A DNA stretch of 64,000 bases from Octopus sinensis (lineage: Eukaryota), in the NCBI RefSeq assembly GCF_006345805.1, contig NC_042997.1:137702001-137766000 (forward strand), written 5' to 3'. Position numbers and translations under genes: made by a program. Shown piece after piece: positions 38,226 through 51,908 of this stretch; within the stretch, counting starts at the first letter, position 1, and each line of letters opens with the position of its first letter. Under the pieces are notes generated by a model. It saw only the letters and a program-made list of their open reading frames with translations. It was not told where the DNA came from and ran no database searches.

Positions 38226-40574
38226 TGATATATAGTAGTTTCATTATGTATAAATAATTAATGAATACTTGTGTGTACTGAGAGTTGTATTTTTGAGTGT
38301 GTAAACATGATTATAATGTCAAATTTACTGAGTTCTCAATTCATTTTGTATTTTATTTATCATATCATGAGCAATATTTAATTTGTTTCAGTTTGTAGAG
38401 ATATAAAATTAGCAGAGTCATTAGGGTATAGAATAGAAAATACTTTGCAGTATCCAGTCAAATAATGAAATGAAATTCTTTCCCCACTCTCTCTACTTTA
38501 TTGCTCTGTGATAAAGGCCTTGAGAGACTGTTCACATCACCATTTTCTGCAGACACAGGAGGATGGTTAGAGTGAGATGCTAGAAACATTGTACTGTAAT
38601 AAAACTGATATGTTATTGGAACCAATGAAGGAAGGACTGTTAGCACAGCATAATAAAACAGAAATAAAGAATTTGAAAGAAAAAAATTAGTTCATTGAGA
38701 CATTTAACACCTTTCAACTTTAATATCTGGAATGTTATCTGTTGTTTCTATCCATAAAATAGACTGTATTAACCTATGAGTGCTTTTTGTAATTACATAA
38801 GAATTAATTGTTGCTATTATGAAGAATGTAGCACAAGCAAATTTCCCCAAATGTTGTTTTTGTTGATGAAGCAATGTCAATAATTTAATTTGTTTTAGTA
38901 TGCAGGCATAGCTATGTGGTTAGAAGTTTGCTTCTTAGCCACATAGCTTTGGGTTCAGTCCCACTGTGTGGCACCTTGGGCAAGTGACTTCTACAAGCTG
39001 ACAAATGCCTTGTGAATGGATTTGGAAACTGAAATAAACTCAGTGTTTGTGTGTGTGTGTGTGTGTGTTACTGTCTCCTTGCATTGACATCATGTCGTAG
39101 TTGTAAGCAAGTGTTACCATCATGCATGGAGTGTCCTTCATTTCTAATCTTTTATGAAAACTTCACACACAATGGCGGTGCCCCAGCATGGCCACAGCTC
39201 GTGAGCTGAAACTAGATAAAATATAAATATATATATATAAATATATGCTCGTGAGGAAATATTAATTTACTCACAAACAAGAGGAAGGTTGATGACAGGA
39301 AGGGTATCCACCCTTTGAAAATCTACTTCAATAAATCCTGCCCAACCCATGTGAACATGAAAAAACAGACCGTACAACAACAGTGATATTGTACTGGCTT
39401 ATTGTTGAGGTGTACTCTTTATGATTTTGTTGTGTTGTGTTTATCATGATATCTGCATTGTATTATATGCAATTAGGCATTGACTATTGTTATGTAACAT
39501 CATGGCTCAGGTGATTGATGCTGGACGATAATTTTAGCAGCTGATATTTTACAACAGCAATAAACTCATAGCTGTTGCTTAATCATAGGTCAGTCTTGAC
39601 ACCTACTAAGCAAATCTGTGATTATAAACATTCTAGTCATGATCATTCAAACTCAACTTCATGTTTTTTACTTAAAGACAGGAAAAATAAAATCAAGTGT
39701 GTCTTTACTTCACCAAGACAGTCTAGCATGAAATTTGAGTATCATTTCTAGCATGCCAAGCAACTGAAAGGATGCACTTGCTAAGAATTTTGGTGTGACT
39801 GTTGAGAGTGTGTCAGCCTTACAATGAAATGTTTAAGCTTACTGCTTCTAGTTGTTACAGTATGAGTGGGGCTTATCTAGACTGCCACATAAATTGTACC
39901 TACATTTCTTAACAGATATAGATCTCTGTCCAATAACGTCAACAGTGAGATCTTTTATTTTTGAGCATACAATAACCACACAGTTTATGAGACAAATACC
40001 CAAGTATATAACATGACAGATAACAAACCAATAAGAGAACCTTTACAGGGTCACTTGCTCTTCAAGAATTACCAGCCTTCTTACTTGTTAGTCTTCAAAT
40101 CACACTTGGTAGTCTTCAAATAAAGAAAAAGAAACATTGGCTAATGTAGTCATAGATACCACAAAAATTGTTGGGTTAGTCATAGCTGGAGCTTGAATGC
40201 CATTCAATCATGTTTGTCCAATCACAATTGATCTGGAGCTAAATAGCAAAATTAAAAGCATGGATGACTAATACTTCTGCTGAGGTAACTCCATGGTCTG
40301 TTCTTCATTCTATGTTATGTGTCGTTAATACCCTTAAGAAGTGTATTAGCATTGAGTCTTCCTCTTTTCTGCCCATAGAAATTTGGACTTTATACTTACC
40401 TGAAGAAAGCAATGTCAAACCATTCCACTGTCATTACTCTGGGGACATTGTAATATCATAGCAAACTATGCCCTGCACCAAATATACTATAAAGAGAATT
40501 ATAGTAGTTTGATAAATGTACTGATGATGGCAGTTTCTTTCTGTCTAAAGATCATGAAGAAGGGTGATACATAC

Positions 40575-41063
<489 letters not shown>

Positions 41064-41570
41064 ATACACTTTCAAGTGGCTATGTAAACTGATCCTTGAC
41101 ACTGCATGGTTTTTCTTCCTGTCTGCGCTTAGGAGTTTTAAAGTAACAGTCAGTCTGTGCAATTCAATCTCACCCTTTAGACTTGGAGGTCTAACAACAG
41201 TGGCTCAGGGATAAGACAGCTGCAGTGACCAGCAAGCAATAGGTTTCACATTGGTGTGACCATTGCCTAAGTGAATTGTCTTACGGGGCAAGAGTGCTCC
41301 ATCAACCCTGAAGTTGCTGGAAGGGTGTCAAAGATGCACTGGACCACTTGAGGTATTCTTTGGTTTTCTGTTGAGGTTGACTCTCCTAAGCTTTTTCTTT
41401 TCCCGAGGCACTTACAAGGCACAAAGCAGTGAAGGTAAGTGTACTGTGTGTCATCAAATGTATATAAGGGACTGGGGGCACCTGCAGTGACTGAGTGTTT
41501 ACATCTAATTGCTAGTTATACTCATTTTCTGTATTTTTTCTTCTCTCTCTCTTTCTTTTCCCTTCTCTAG

Positions 41571-41738
41571 AAAGTGATAACATCAGCATTGGAAGTTCAC
41601 AGAGTAGCCGAGATCATCAAGGAGGAAATGGTAAGGTGATCAGTTCTAACACAAACGTTCATGGAGGTCACTTAAAAAGCACTGACAACAATCAAGATTT
41701 CCATAACGCATCTGACAATGAGAAAACTGGAACCACAG
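41571..41738 (+). CDS. RPH3A: Rabphilin linker exon 7 (ESDNISIGSSQSSRDHQGGNG...SDNEKTGTT)
   Basis: Long polypyrimidine tract ending ccttctctag, donor CAG|gtatgt, 168 nt, phase 1-1, no stops. Confidence 0.82.
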
Positions 41739-41888
41739 GTATGTATGTTAATGGTCTAGTTTCAAATGTACACACATGATTTCATTCTATGAGTGGCAAT
41801 GACTTTCTTCTATATTCTTAGTTTGGCTATAAGTATATAGGGCGTGAGGCATGAACAAAAACTGAATGAAGAATAAATGCTTTATGTG

Positions 41889-41926
<38 letters not shown>

Positions 41927-42159
41927 GGTGTAAAAAGGTTGAATGTAAATTCGTCCTTTAATTTTGGAGGTTTCCAAAAGAGATTTCTAATGCTAGTTCT
42001 TCATACCTTCCTGGTAGTTTATAGGTGTAAATTTGCGAAGATATGAAAGTGATACTTGTATATAATGTATGGTGAATTTATGGAAAGAAGTTCCATAAAA
42101 TTCATCAGTTTATTTAAAAATGGAGGAGACAAGTTGTTAAAATATATAAGAAGTTTAAT

Positions 42160-42265
42160 TCTTGCAGACGATCGTTTCATACAGAGATATAAAAATAATA
42201 ATGCAAATTCATGATAGAATTAAATTAAATTAATTAGATATATCAATGTACTCTTCAGTGCAGGA
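42160..42265 (-). ncRNA. Minimal type-I hammerhead ribozyme motif, family 2
   Basis: Minus strand reads UCCUGCA-CUGAAGA-GUACA..GAUAUA(loop)UAUAUC..UGUAU-GAAA-CGAUCG-UC/-UGCAAGA. Intact core, palindromic ACGAUCGU stem III, 6 of 7 bp in helix I. Confidence 0.78.
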
Positions 42266-42659
42266 GGTACAAACAAAAATACAGTGAACTTAAGAAGGAA
42301 GATAGTAAAAAAGTTGAATCTAGGCGTTTCATATTTTTATCCATGTGAGAGAGAGATGTGAGTCATGATGGATATTTAACCATAACTTAAGGTTAAATAT
42401 CCAACATAACTCACATCTCTTTCTCATGCATACACACATACATACATGCGCACACACACACATGCGTGCACACACACACACACATACACACACACACATA
42501 CATACATACATACATACATACATACATACATACATACATACAAATAAACAAACAAATAAATAAATAAATAAAAGGTGGACATTTCACTATTGGAAATATT
42601 GGAAAAAAGATTTAGGAAATGATGGGAAGTATTTTTCAAAATGATAATAATATGTATAA

Positions 42660-42722
<63 letters not shown>

Positions 42723-44404
42723 TGTGTGTGAGTGAGTGTGTGGATATATTATTGTATTATGTAGCATTATATTATATGAATATGCAAAAAATCAAAGTGT
42801 TAGCAGAAGTGATGTCAGCAGCAACATCCATTGCACCTATCATAGAATGCAAATGTAAACAAACACTCAGACATGCATACGCACCCTCTGCCCCACACAC
42901 ATACGCATGCACATAGGCATACATACACACATATCTCCATACATACACAGACAGCCACCCACACATACACACTTAAGTGTGACTGTGTGGTTAAGAGAAT
43001 TACTTTCCAACCATGTTTCCTTAGGTTCAGTCCCACTGCGCAGCACCCTGGGGCTGCGTATCCTGCAACAGCCCTAGGCCAACCAAAGCCATATGTGCAG
43101 ATTTGGTAGTTGTAATCTGAAAGAAGCTTGTCATCATCATCATCATCGTTGTTGTCATCATTTAACATTTGTTTTCTATGCTGGTTTGGTGTGGATAGTT
43201 TCACAGGATCTGGCAAGCTGTAGTGTCACTTTCAGTGTGGGTTCCACAACTGGATGTCCTTCATAATACCAGCCACTTTACAGTGTGTACTGGATGTTTT
43301 TTCTTTTCATGCTATCAGTACAAGTGAGGTTACTAAGTAACTTGCAAGGAAAGAAAAGAAAAGACCCCTTGACTGAGTGGAGAGGTGTGTTTATACTAGG
43401 TGTTGAAGCATGATAGAGGGACAAGTACAGGTATCTTGCTAAAGAGGGGATGCATGGCTATCTTGCATTATATGAGTGGGTGCAGAAAAGTTCCTGGCTT
43501 TAAAAGTATCACAAGAGGTCTGGTTGGAAGCCTAACCTGAGTTCTCTTACAGGACTTAGAAAAACTGAAGGACCACTGCAATAAGTGTGTGGATCTGAGA
43601 GGGGAACATGTATATAATCATAATTAACTGATCCTCCTGAATTTTCTTTTACCCAAAGCTAGGAACTTTTCAGCACCCCCTCATATAAGGGTGGATGAGA
43701 ATAGCTGGGAAGAAGGTGCTTGAGCATGTTCTCAAGATGAGTATGAGAGAAAATATGGAGAAAGTTGATCAAGAGAGAAGATGGGTGATTTCATAAGAGT
43801 GTGAGAGGAGAGTGACAGATGATTAAAGATAGGGTAAGAGTGAATGTAGTGAGTAATGAACAAGGGTGGAGGTGTGGTTGATAGTGAATATTGGTATGGA
43901 AGAGGAATTTGAGAGAGGTAGGGGTGGCTTGGGAAGGTGATGACAAGCAAATGCCAAGGAAGGGAGGAGAGCAGCTTGTAAACTTGAAGATATCCCAGAA
44001 AGTAGAGAAATGACATGCAGGCTGAGAGAGTGGGAGAAGGGAGATATACAGTGACAGAGATGGAGGTTAGAGGTACATAAGTGTGGCTATCTGGTAGGAG
44101 AAGGAAGTAAACTGGTAGTGCAAAAGTAGTATGAAATGTGTCAATTCTGCTCTCAAATGATTACAGGGTGTGAGTAGTGCCATATTCAGAAGAGTGATGG
44201 AGGGATAGGTATTAAGAAGAGCTGTGAAAACACGCACACACACACACATGACAGGCTTCTTTTAGCTGCCGTCTACCAAATCCACTCACTAGGATTTGGT
44301 TGACTCAGGACTATAGTTCTACCCAAAGCTCAAAGTGCACTGCAGTGGGACTGAATCTAAACTATATGGTTAGCAAACAACTCCTTAACCACATGTGTGT
44401 ATGC

Positions 44405-44470
<66 letters not shown>

Positions 44471-44710
44471 TTGTATATGTGTGTGTATAATATATATATG
44501 GCATGTAAAAAGCACCCACTACACTCATGGAGTGGTTGGCGTTAGGAAGGGCATCCAGCTGTAGAAACACCACCAGATCAGACTAGAGCCTGGTGTAGCC
44601 CCCTGGCTTCCCAGACCCAGGTCGAACCGTCCAACCCATGCTAGCATGGAAAACGGAAGTTAAATGATGATGATGATGGTGATAGATATATATATCGTCA
44701 ATGATGATTA

Positions 44711-44744
<34 letters not shown>

Positions 44745-46187
44745 TCACACATACATACATATGTGTGTGTGTGTGTGTGTGTGTACATACATATACAAAC
44801 ACACAGAAACTAAATTAACGCTGTGATATGTGCTGCAATTTCTTTACTTTTCTAATCTTCCAGCTATTCTAATAATTCTAATCCATAGCAGTATGAACTT
44901 GGAAGATAGTAATACTGACAAAATGAAATGCTATAAAAAAACATAACAGAAAAAAGAAAGAAAATATAATATAATATACAAACAAGAAATTCTAATTTTC
45001 TTCAATGTTGGTACTCTTCTCCAGATTTGATTATGAATTTATTTTTTTCCTCGTAACATTCTCTCAAATTTCATTTCACCATGTATGCTTACAGAGTTAC
45101 AACAAAAAAAAAAACAAAAAACAAACAAACACAAAACACAAGGATCGTTATTAAAACAAAATGGAAGATAATGATGATAATCTCTTTATTGTAATATAAG
45201 GTAATGAGGATGATAATGGTAATGATGATGATGTTAATAATAACAATAATTATAATAACAATAACGATAATAATAATAACAACAGTATTAATGATAATAA
45301 TTATAATAACAACAAACAACAATAAAAACAACTGCAATGTACTGTTTTTATGCTATCAAATCAGTTAGTTTTGTGGATATGATGGAGATATTTGATGTGA
45401 ATGATTGTAGTTTTATGTGATAAATTTTGTATTCTTTTTTTCAGTCTGGTGTTTCAAATGTGTTGGTTTAATATTATTTTATATAAAACATGATATTAAA
45501 TGTCCAAAAATGCTTTTATAAAAGTGATATTTATTGAAAATTACTGGCTCTTTTCTCCATTTTACATCATTAAATGTTTTTAAAATGTATCTGTGTACTT
45601 ATATATGAGTGGGTTTTTGTGTATATGGGATGATGTATATGTGAGTTTATATACATTTATGAATTAATATATGTACAATTTTATGTTTGTATAAGTGTTT
45701 GTTAATGTGGGATACCTTTCCTGTGAGGGTGGGGGTACCAAATATGGCATAATGTTTGGAATCTATTCTGGTTGTTCAATTGCATTGCTATTTCCCAATG
45801 CTTGCTAGTTTCATATCCTTTTGTCTTGCCTTCTGTTCTGTTCTTTCCTTCAAAGATAATGGAAATCAGTAGACAGCCAGCCAGATATACACAGATTAAC
45901 TGACTGAAAGACCAAAGTGAACAGTTGAATAGTGTTCATCATAATCATAATAATATATACTGAATACATCTTAAAGCACATATATACTTTTAACTTTTCA
46001 GCTTATATTAACCAAAATCTAACAAAAATATTCTGAAATGTTTTTCCTGTGCTTCAATGAAAACTGACCAGTTCTTCTACAGATGCATCACATATTTATA
46101 CAAGTCAAGTTCTACCATAATTTACATCTCCTTCTTTGGAGTTTTGGGTTTAATTCATTTTAATTTGTATTTCTTCTTTCCCAATTC

Positions 46188-46248
<61 letters not shown>

Positions 46249-46474
46249 GCACCTACATACATATATGTATATGAATGGAGATATATATATATAAATATAT
46301 ACACACACACATATGTATGTATGTGTGTTGCTCTGTCAAAAGCAGATGATATACTTGGAGCAACAAACTTTCCTTCCTAATTAGGACAGGTGTTTGGTTC
46401 TTCCATCCTCTTTGCCTCTGCTGCCCTCCTCTCTACTCTTCCAGCCAGGTAAGCTCTATGTGTATTTGCGTGTA

Positions 46475-47983
46475 CACTGGCCAAAATAAGTTGAAGACCG
46501 ATGATGACAGTTCTATTCCTTCATTAATTTATTTTTAACAAGCCTGTATAAAATTATTTTACTTTTTACAATTTATGTAGAATTTTTTCTCTTTCGAATG
46601 ATATAGATATTATATATCTTTCTACAATTTGAATAATTTTAATGTGCAATTAATTCAAATGATTAAAAATTATCGGCAAAATAAGTTTATGACTGTACCA
46701 ACAATATTTTGTTTAAATTGAAAATTTACAGCACAAACGATCAACAAACAAAAATTTATTATTAGTATCTAGTTCCATAGCCATTATTTTCAATTACAGC
46801 ATTACAACAGCGGGACATGGAGTTCAACAAATGAGTACAAAAATCACTTGGAATGTTCTGACATATTTCTTCAATAAAATTATATAGTTGGGACAAATTT
46901 GTTTGTATTTTAGCATGAACTCTTTTAGAAACATAATTCCATAAATTTTCTATTGGATTCAAATCCAGGTTCTGTGGAGGCCACTCAATAACCACCATAT
47001 TGTTGAACTCAAAATATTGCAAGACTTTCCTAGCCTTATGAATGAGGCAATTGTCCTGCTGGAAAATAGATCCTAGTGGTGTCTGATTATTTAAATATGG
47101 CAGCACATTTTCATTTACTAATTGCAGATAGCCTACACTGTTCAGTCTGCCATCAACCTTAGCAATTCAACCAACACCTAAGCTGCTGAACACAGCCCAC
47201 ACCATTACCCCCTACTTCCCACTTGCGCCATTTTCTTGACACACTTAGAATGGAATTCTTCAGTTAGACAGCGCCTGACATAAGTCTTTCTGTCTGATCC
47301 AAAGATACAGAAGCGGGATTCGTCACTCCAAAGAACTTTTGACCAGTCTTCGGCCATCCATTCAATATGGCTTCCACCAGTTCATCTCAGAAATTATCGG
47401 CTTCTTTTGAGTGATCCGGTCAAACAGTCCAAATTCTTTTAGGTGGCTTCTGACAATTTGTGGTGTAAAGCTGATGTCAGTTTCATTAGATAATTGCTTT
47501 AAATGTCCACAACTGTTAGCATTTGGTTACCTTCAGAGAGCCTATGAATTCGCCAATCCATCTGTACTGTTGTTTTTCTCAAAGCACCTGTTCTTTGCCA
47601 ATCTTTGTACTGGCCAGTGGCTTGAAAAGGCTTCCATGCTTGAACAAAAGCCATTTTGCTGCACCCTAATTGCTCGCTAATGTTCGTGAAAGACATATTT
47701 TTGCTGATGAAGCAACACAATGTTTTGGTTTGTTAATTCGCATAGTCTTGGTATGGTCTTAAGCAAAATAATGTTGGTATGGTCTTAAACTTATTTTGAT
47801 GACAATTTTTAATCATTAAAATTATTCAAATTGTAGAAAGATTTATAACACTTGTATCATTTGAAAAAGAAAAAAACTTACATAAACTGTAAAAAGTAAA
47901 ATAATTTTATACAGTTTTGTTAAAAATAAATTAATGAAGGAATAGAACTGTCATCATTGGTCTTAAACTTGTTTTGGCCAGTG
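46475..47983 (-). mobile_element. Full-length Tc1-family transposon (DD34E), inactivated transposase, long IR/DR-type TIRs
   Basis: TA target duplication at 46473-46474 and 47984-47985. TIRs begin CACTGGCCAAAAYAAGTT, are over 200 bp and carry an internal direct repeat. Motifs VLWSDESRF, QQDN and DLNPIENLW, with 34 residues between D and E. Confidence 0.93.
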
Positions 47984-50946
47984 TATGTGTGTTTATGTGT
48001 GTGCATTTGCTTGTTCTGCTGATGTGGCTTTTTGATTTGAATTTTGCTTTGTCAGTTTTAATGTCGCCAGCTGTGCAGCTAAACATTTTATGCTTGAATA
48101 AAAATATTTCCACCCAGTTGATTCTAAGCCTGGAATGTATCCACCCTGTTGATTCTGAGAATTACTAATCCATTTTTAAACACTCAATCTATCTTAATGT
48201 CAAACTTGTTGAAATGATAAATATACAGACAACTGAATAATAGATCAAGGGTTAAAACACTTTTCAAAGCTTTCTGTTGTGTTTTTAGTCATGGCATTTT
48301 ACTCAGCTTGCCACAATCTACCTGGCTAAAAATAACTGCCACTCCTGTTTTGCAACTGAGAAATATTTATTTCATCTAAATATTTGAATTTGCATAGCCA
48401 TCTAATCGTTCTAGTCAGAAAACAAAACTCTGTTATTAATAATTAACTAAGGTTTTCTCATACCAAACAATCCTAGTAGCTGAACAATCTAGACAAGTAT
48501 TGAAAAAAACCAAGGTCATAGTTTAATTTTTAATCATTTTTATTGTTCATATTATATTATTTCTTTCTACATTACATCATATATTAAATCAGTACTAAAC
48601 TAACATGTCTGTTTCAAACATTATATTGTATACAATGCACCTGAGCACTGTATATAATAAGTTTATTATTATCATACCAAATAAAATTTATAAACAAGCT
48701 TGTAACAATATTTCTTCAATGATTTTCAAATAATGTTTTTATAGTACATATTATGTAAGCATGTTTATATACTGATGAATTCATTAATTATGGACAATTT
48801 AATTGAGATTCATATAGCAAACTGTAACAGATAAGATATGGTTGATATTTGGATAGCATTTACTTCTATTAAATGATAAAAGTTATGAAGTTCTATATTA
48901 TAAAACAATTAAATATCTACTAATCAACTGAATATGGAGATTTTAGATTAGCTGTTTTGTTGTTGTTTTTTTTTATGGGGGTGGCAGGGAACAGACCTTA
49001 GCTTCTAAAGGTGACTTGTCATCATATTACCAAAAATATCAGTGGATAAAATGCATTCAGCGTCATTAGTATCTTGTATGCTTCCATTGAAAGTAATCTT
49101 TGTTATAGATGACATCTTAAAAAATTGTTTCACTGTAGGTAGGTCCTAATGAAATAGACATATAATCAGAGGTATCCCAGCTATGACTACCCTGGTATTT
49201 TATTTAAAAAAATTTTTTTTTTATTTTTAAATAAGTGACCACAATGTCCAGTTTCCTTAAGACAGTAGGATGTTATTTAAGAGAGATTTTGTTTCTGTTT
49301 TTAGCAGGCTGAGTGGCTGCACTAAGAGCACCCTGGGCCACTAATTATCAGATTATCCTTACGAGGGACACTGTCCAGTGCTAGTGAAGAGGAACAAATT
49401 ATTGATATTTTATCTTTTTTTATGGGAAATACAAGCAGAAAGTAGTTTTTGAAAACTTCCTATCAGATTCTTGCTGATTCAGATTATCACCAGTCTATGA
49501 AATCTAGAGGCTGTCTTTGTCTTCCTATTGATTTAGTTAGTTGTATTCCTCAGAAAATAACTACCTACCCATTCATAAGCTTATGTGGATAGAATATTTT
49601 ATTCCAACTCTGCTGACATAGGTTTTAGAAATTGCATTTCTTTCTATTTCATTTGGCATGTTATTATAAGAATTGATTAGTAACAACATAAGGTTCTTTT
49701 GCTGGAATATGAACCGTATCAGGAACTTATATTCATGTGTATGTATGCTTATTCTTTTACTTGTTTAAGTTATTTGATTGTGGCCATGCTGGAGTAATGC
49801 CTTTAATTGAACAAATTGACCCCAGGATTTATTTTTTATTAGCCTAGTACTTATTCTAGTTACAGGGATGTAAATACACCAACATCGGTTGTCAAGTGAT
49901 GGTGGGGAGACAAACACAGATGCACAAATATATATACATGTCTATCTATATATATATTGTATATATGATGGCTTCTTTCAATTTCCATCTACCAAATCCA
50001 CTCACAAGGCTTTGGTCAGCCTAAGGCTATAGCAGAAGACACTTGTCCAAGGTATCACACAGTGGGACTGAACCCAGAACCATGTGGTTGGGAAACAAGT
50101 TTCTCTTTTTTCCTTTATCCTTAATTGCTTTTGTGATCCCTCCTTACTTACCACAACCCATAGCTTACCATAATAAATTTTCTCCTACAGCCCACTGCAG
50201 TCTTACCATAATCTAGTCTAGTAGACTTCTCACCTGAGTCACTGACCTTAGATATCAAATTACACACTTTAAAGAACTACATTCTTAACCTAAACTGCCA
50301 ACATAGTTGCTCATTTTCCCATTCATAACTGGCCTTGACAAACACATCCCTGCTGTGTTCCTGAGTATTCTTTTATTTTGTAAAAGAATATTCAAGAACA
50401 CAGCAGGTATATGTCTTCTCATCTGATGATTACAGTATTTTATAAAGATGTAATGTTCTCATTCTTCTATTAAAAGTTATGTAAGAAACAGCTGTAATGA
50501 GATGACAACTATCCATTATATGTTAATATTCATTTGATTACAATGCACCAGGGTATTTATGACTTATCGGACACGCTAGAGTATACCAACAATGTACTAC
50601 TCAAAGTTATGCGTTATTTGGACACAAACGAAATATCCTAGCTGATATTGTCAACTCTCACAAACCATAGGCCTGAACCGCTGACATTACCCATCCCTAC
50701 CTGGTGCATACCTTTTCAAGCACCTAATTCTATTGGAATCTTCTTCTTACTACTTATAGGGCTTCTTTCAGTTTCTGTTTACCAAATCCATGACAGGCTT
50801 CTTTCAGTTTCTGTCTACCAAAATCCACTCACAAGGCTTTGCTTGGCCTGAAGCTATAGTAGAAGACACTTGCCCATGGTGCTACACAGTGGGATTGAAC
50901 CCAGAACCATGTGGTTGGGAAGCAAGTTTCTTGCCACACTCCTGCA

Positions 50947-50976
<30 letters not shown>

Positions 50977-50979
<3 letters not shown>

Positions 50980-51888
50980 TGGGTCATCCCATAAATAATG
51001 AAGTTTTTTAAATTGCATGAACTAAAAGTTGGAGGGGAATGGGATAAACTACCTGCATCTATTTGCTTTAAAAGGAGGTTGTAAATTTACCTTCTCCGTA
51101 TTCTTAGTGCAAGTTTTGAAAAGTGCTGTTATTTTTTCAAAGCTATAATAGAAGTGACAAAAGAACATATTCGGGGTATTTTGCTTTATGAGTTCAATAA
51201 AGGCAACAACACAACAGAAAGCACAAGGAATATTAATGCAGTATATGGGGATCGGACAGCAAGCGTAAGCCAGTGTCAACAGTAGTTCCAGAAATTCTGA
51301 GCCAGAAACCACAGCCTAGAAAACAAGCATTATCCTGGAAGATCTGTAGGGCTCAAAAAGGACTTCCTGCAAACCCTAGTGGAAGAAAATCCCACCGTGA
51401 CTGTTGAGGAACTAACAGAGAAGCTTAGATTTGGTCATTCGACCAGTCATTCAAGTCAGCACTAGAAGAAAATCGACCATCTTTGGTTTCAAGATGAAAG
51501 GTGTTTTTTCATCAAGATAATGCTTAGCTACATACAGCAAGGATAACATTCCAAAGGCTGGAGAAGTTTGAATGGGAAACAATACCCCACCCACCATTTA
51601 CACCAGACATTGCCCTATATGATTATCATTTATTCTGCAGTCTTCCAAATCATTTGGACGGAAAAAAATATGAATTCTGTAGATGAGATCAGAACAATAC
51701 TAGAGAAGTATTTTTCATCACAGACAAGTGAATTTTGGAAGAGGGGGCTTTTCAAGTCTACCAGCTAGATGGAAGAGCATTGTAGAAAATTGAGGAGAGT
51801 ATATTTTAGATTAAAAAAGAACTTTGTCTCACTTTTGAAAAATAAAGGAAGTATAAAAAGACCACATTATTTATTGGGTGACCCAATA
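50977..51888 (+). mobile_element. Non-autonomous mariner (DD34D-type) deletion derivative
   Basis: TIRs TAYTGGGTCAYCCMATAAATAATG. Remnants EVTKEHIRGILLYEFNKG (HTH), HQDNA and HPPFTPDIA..DYHLF. Confidence 0.9.
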
Positions 51889-51908
51889 TATAAATATTTT
51901 ACCTTTGA

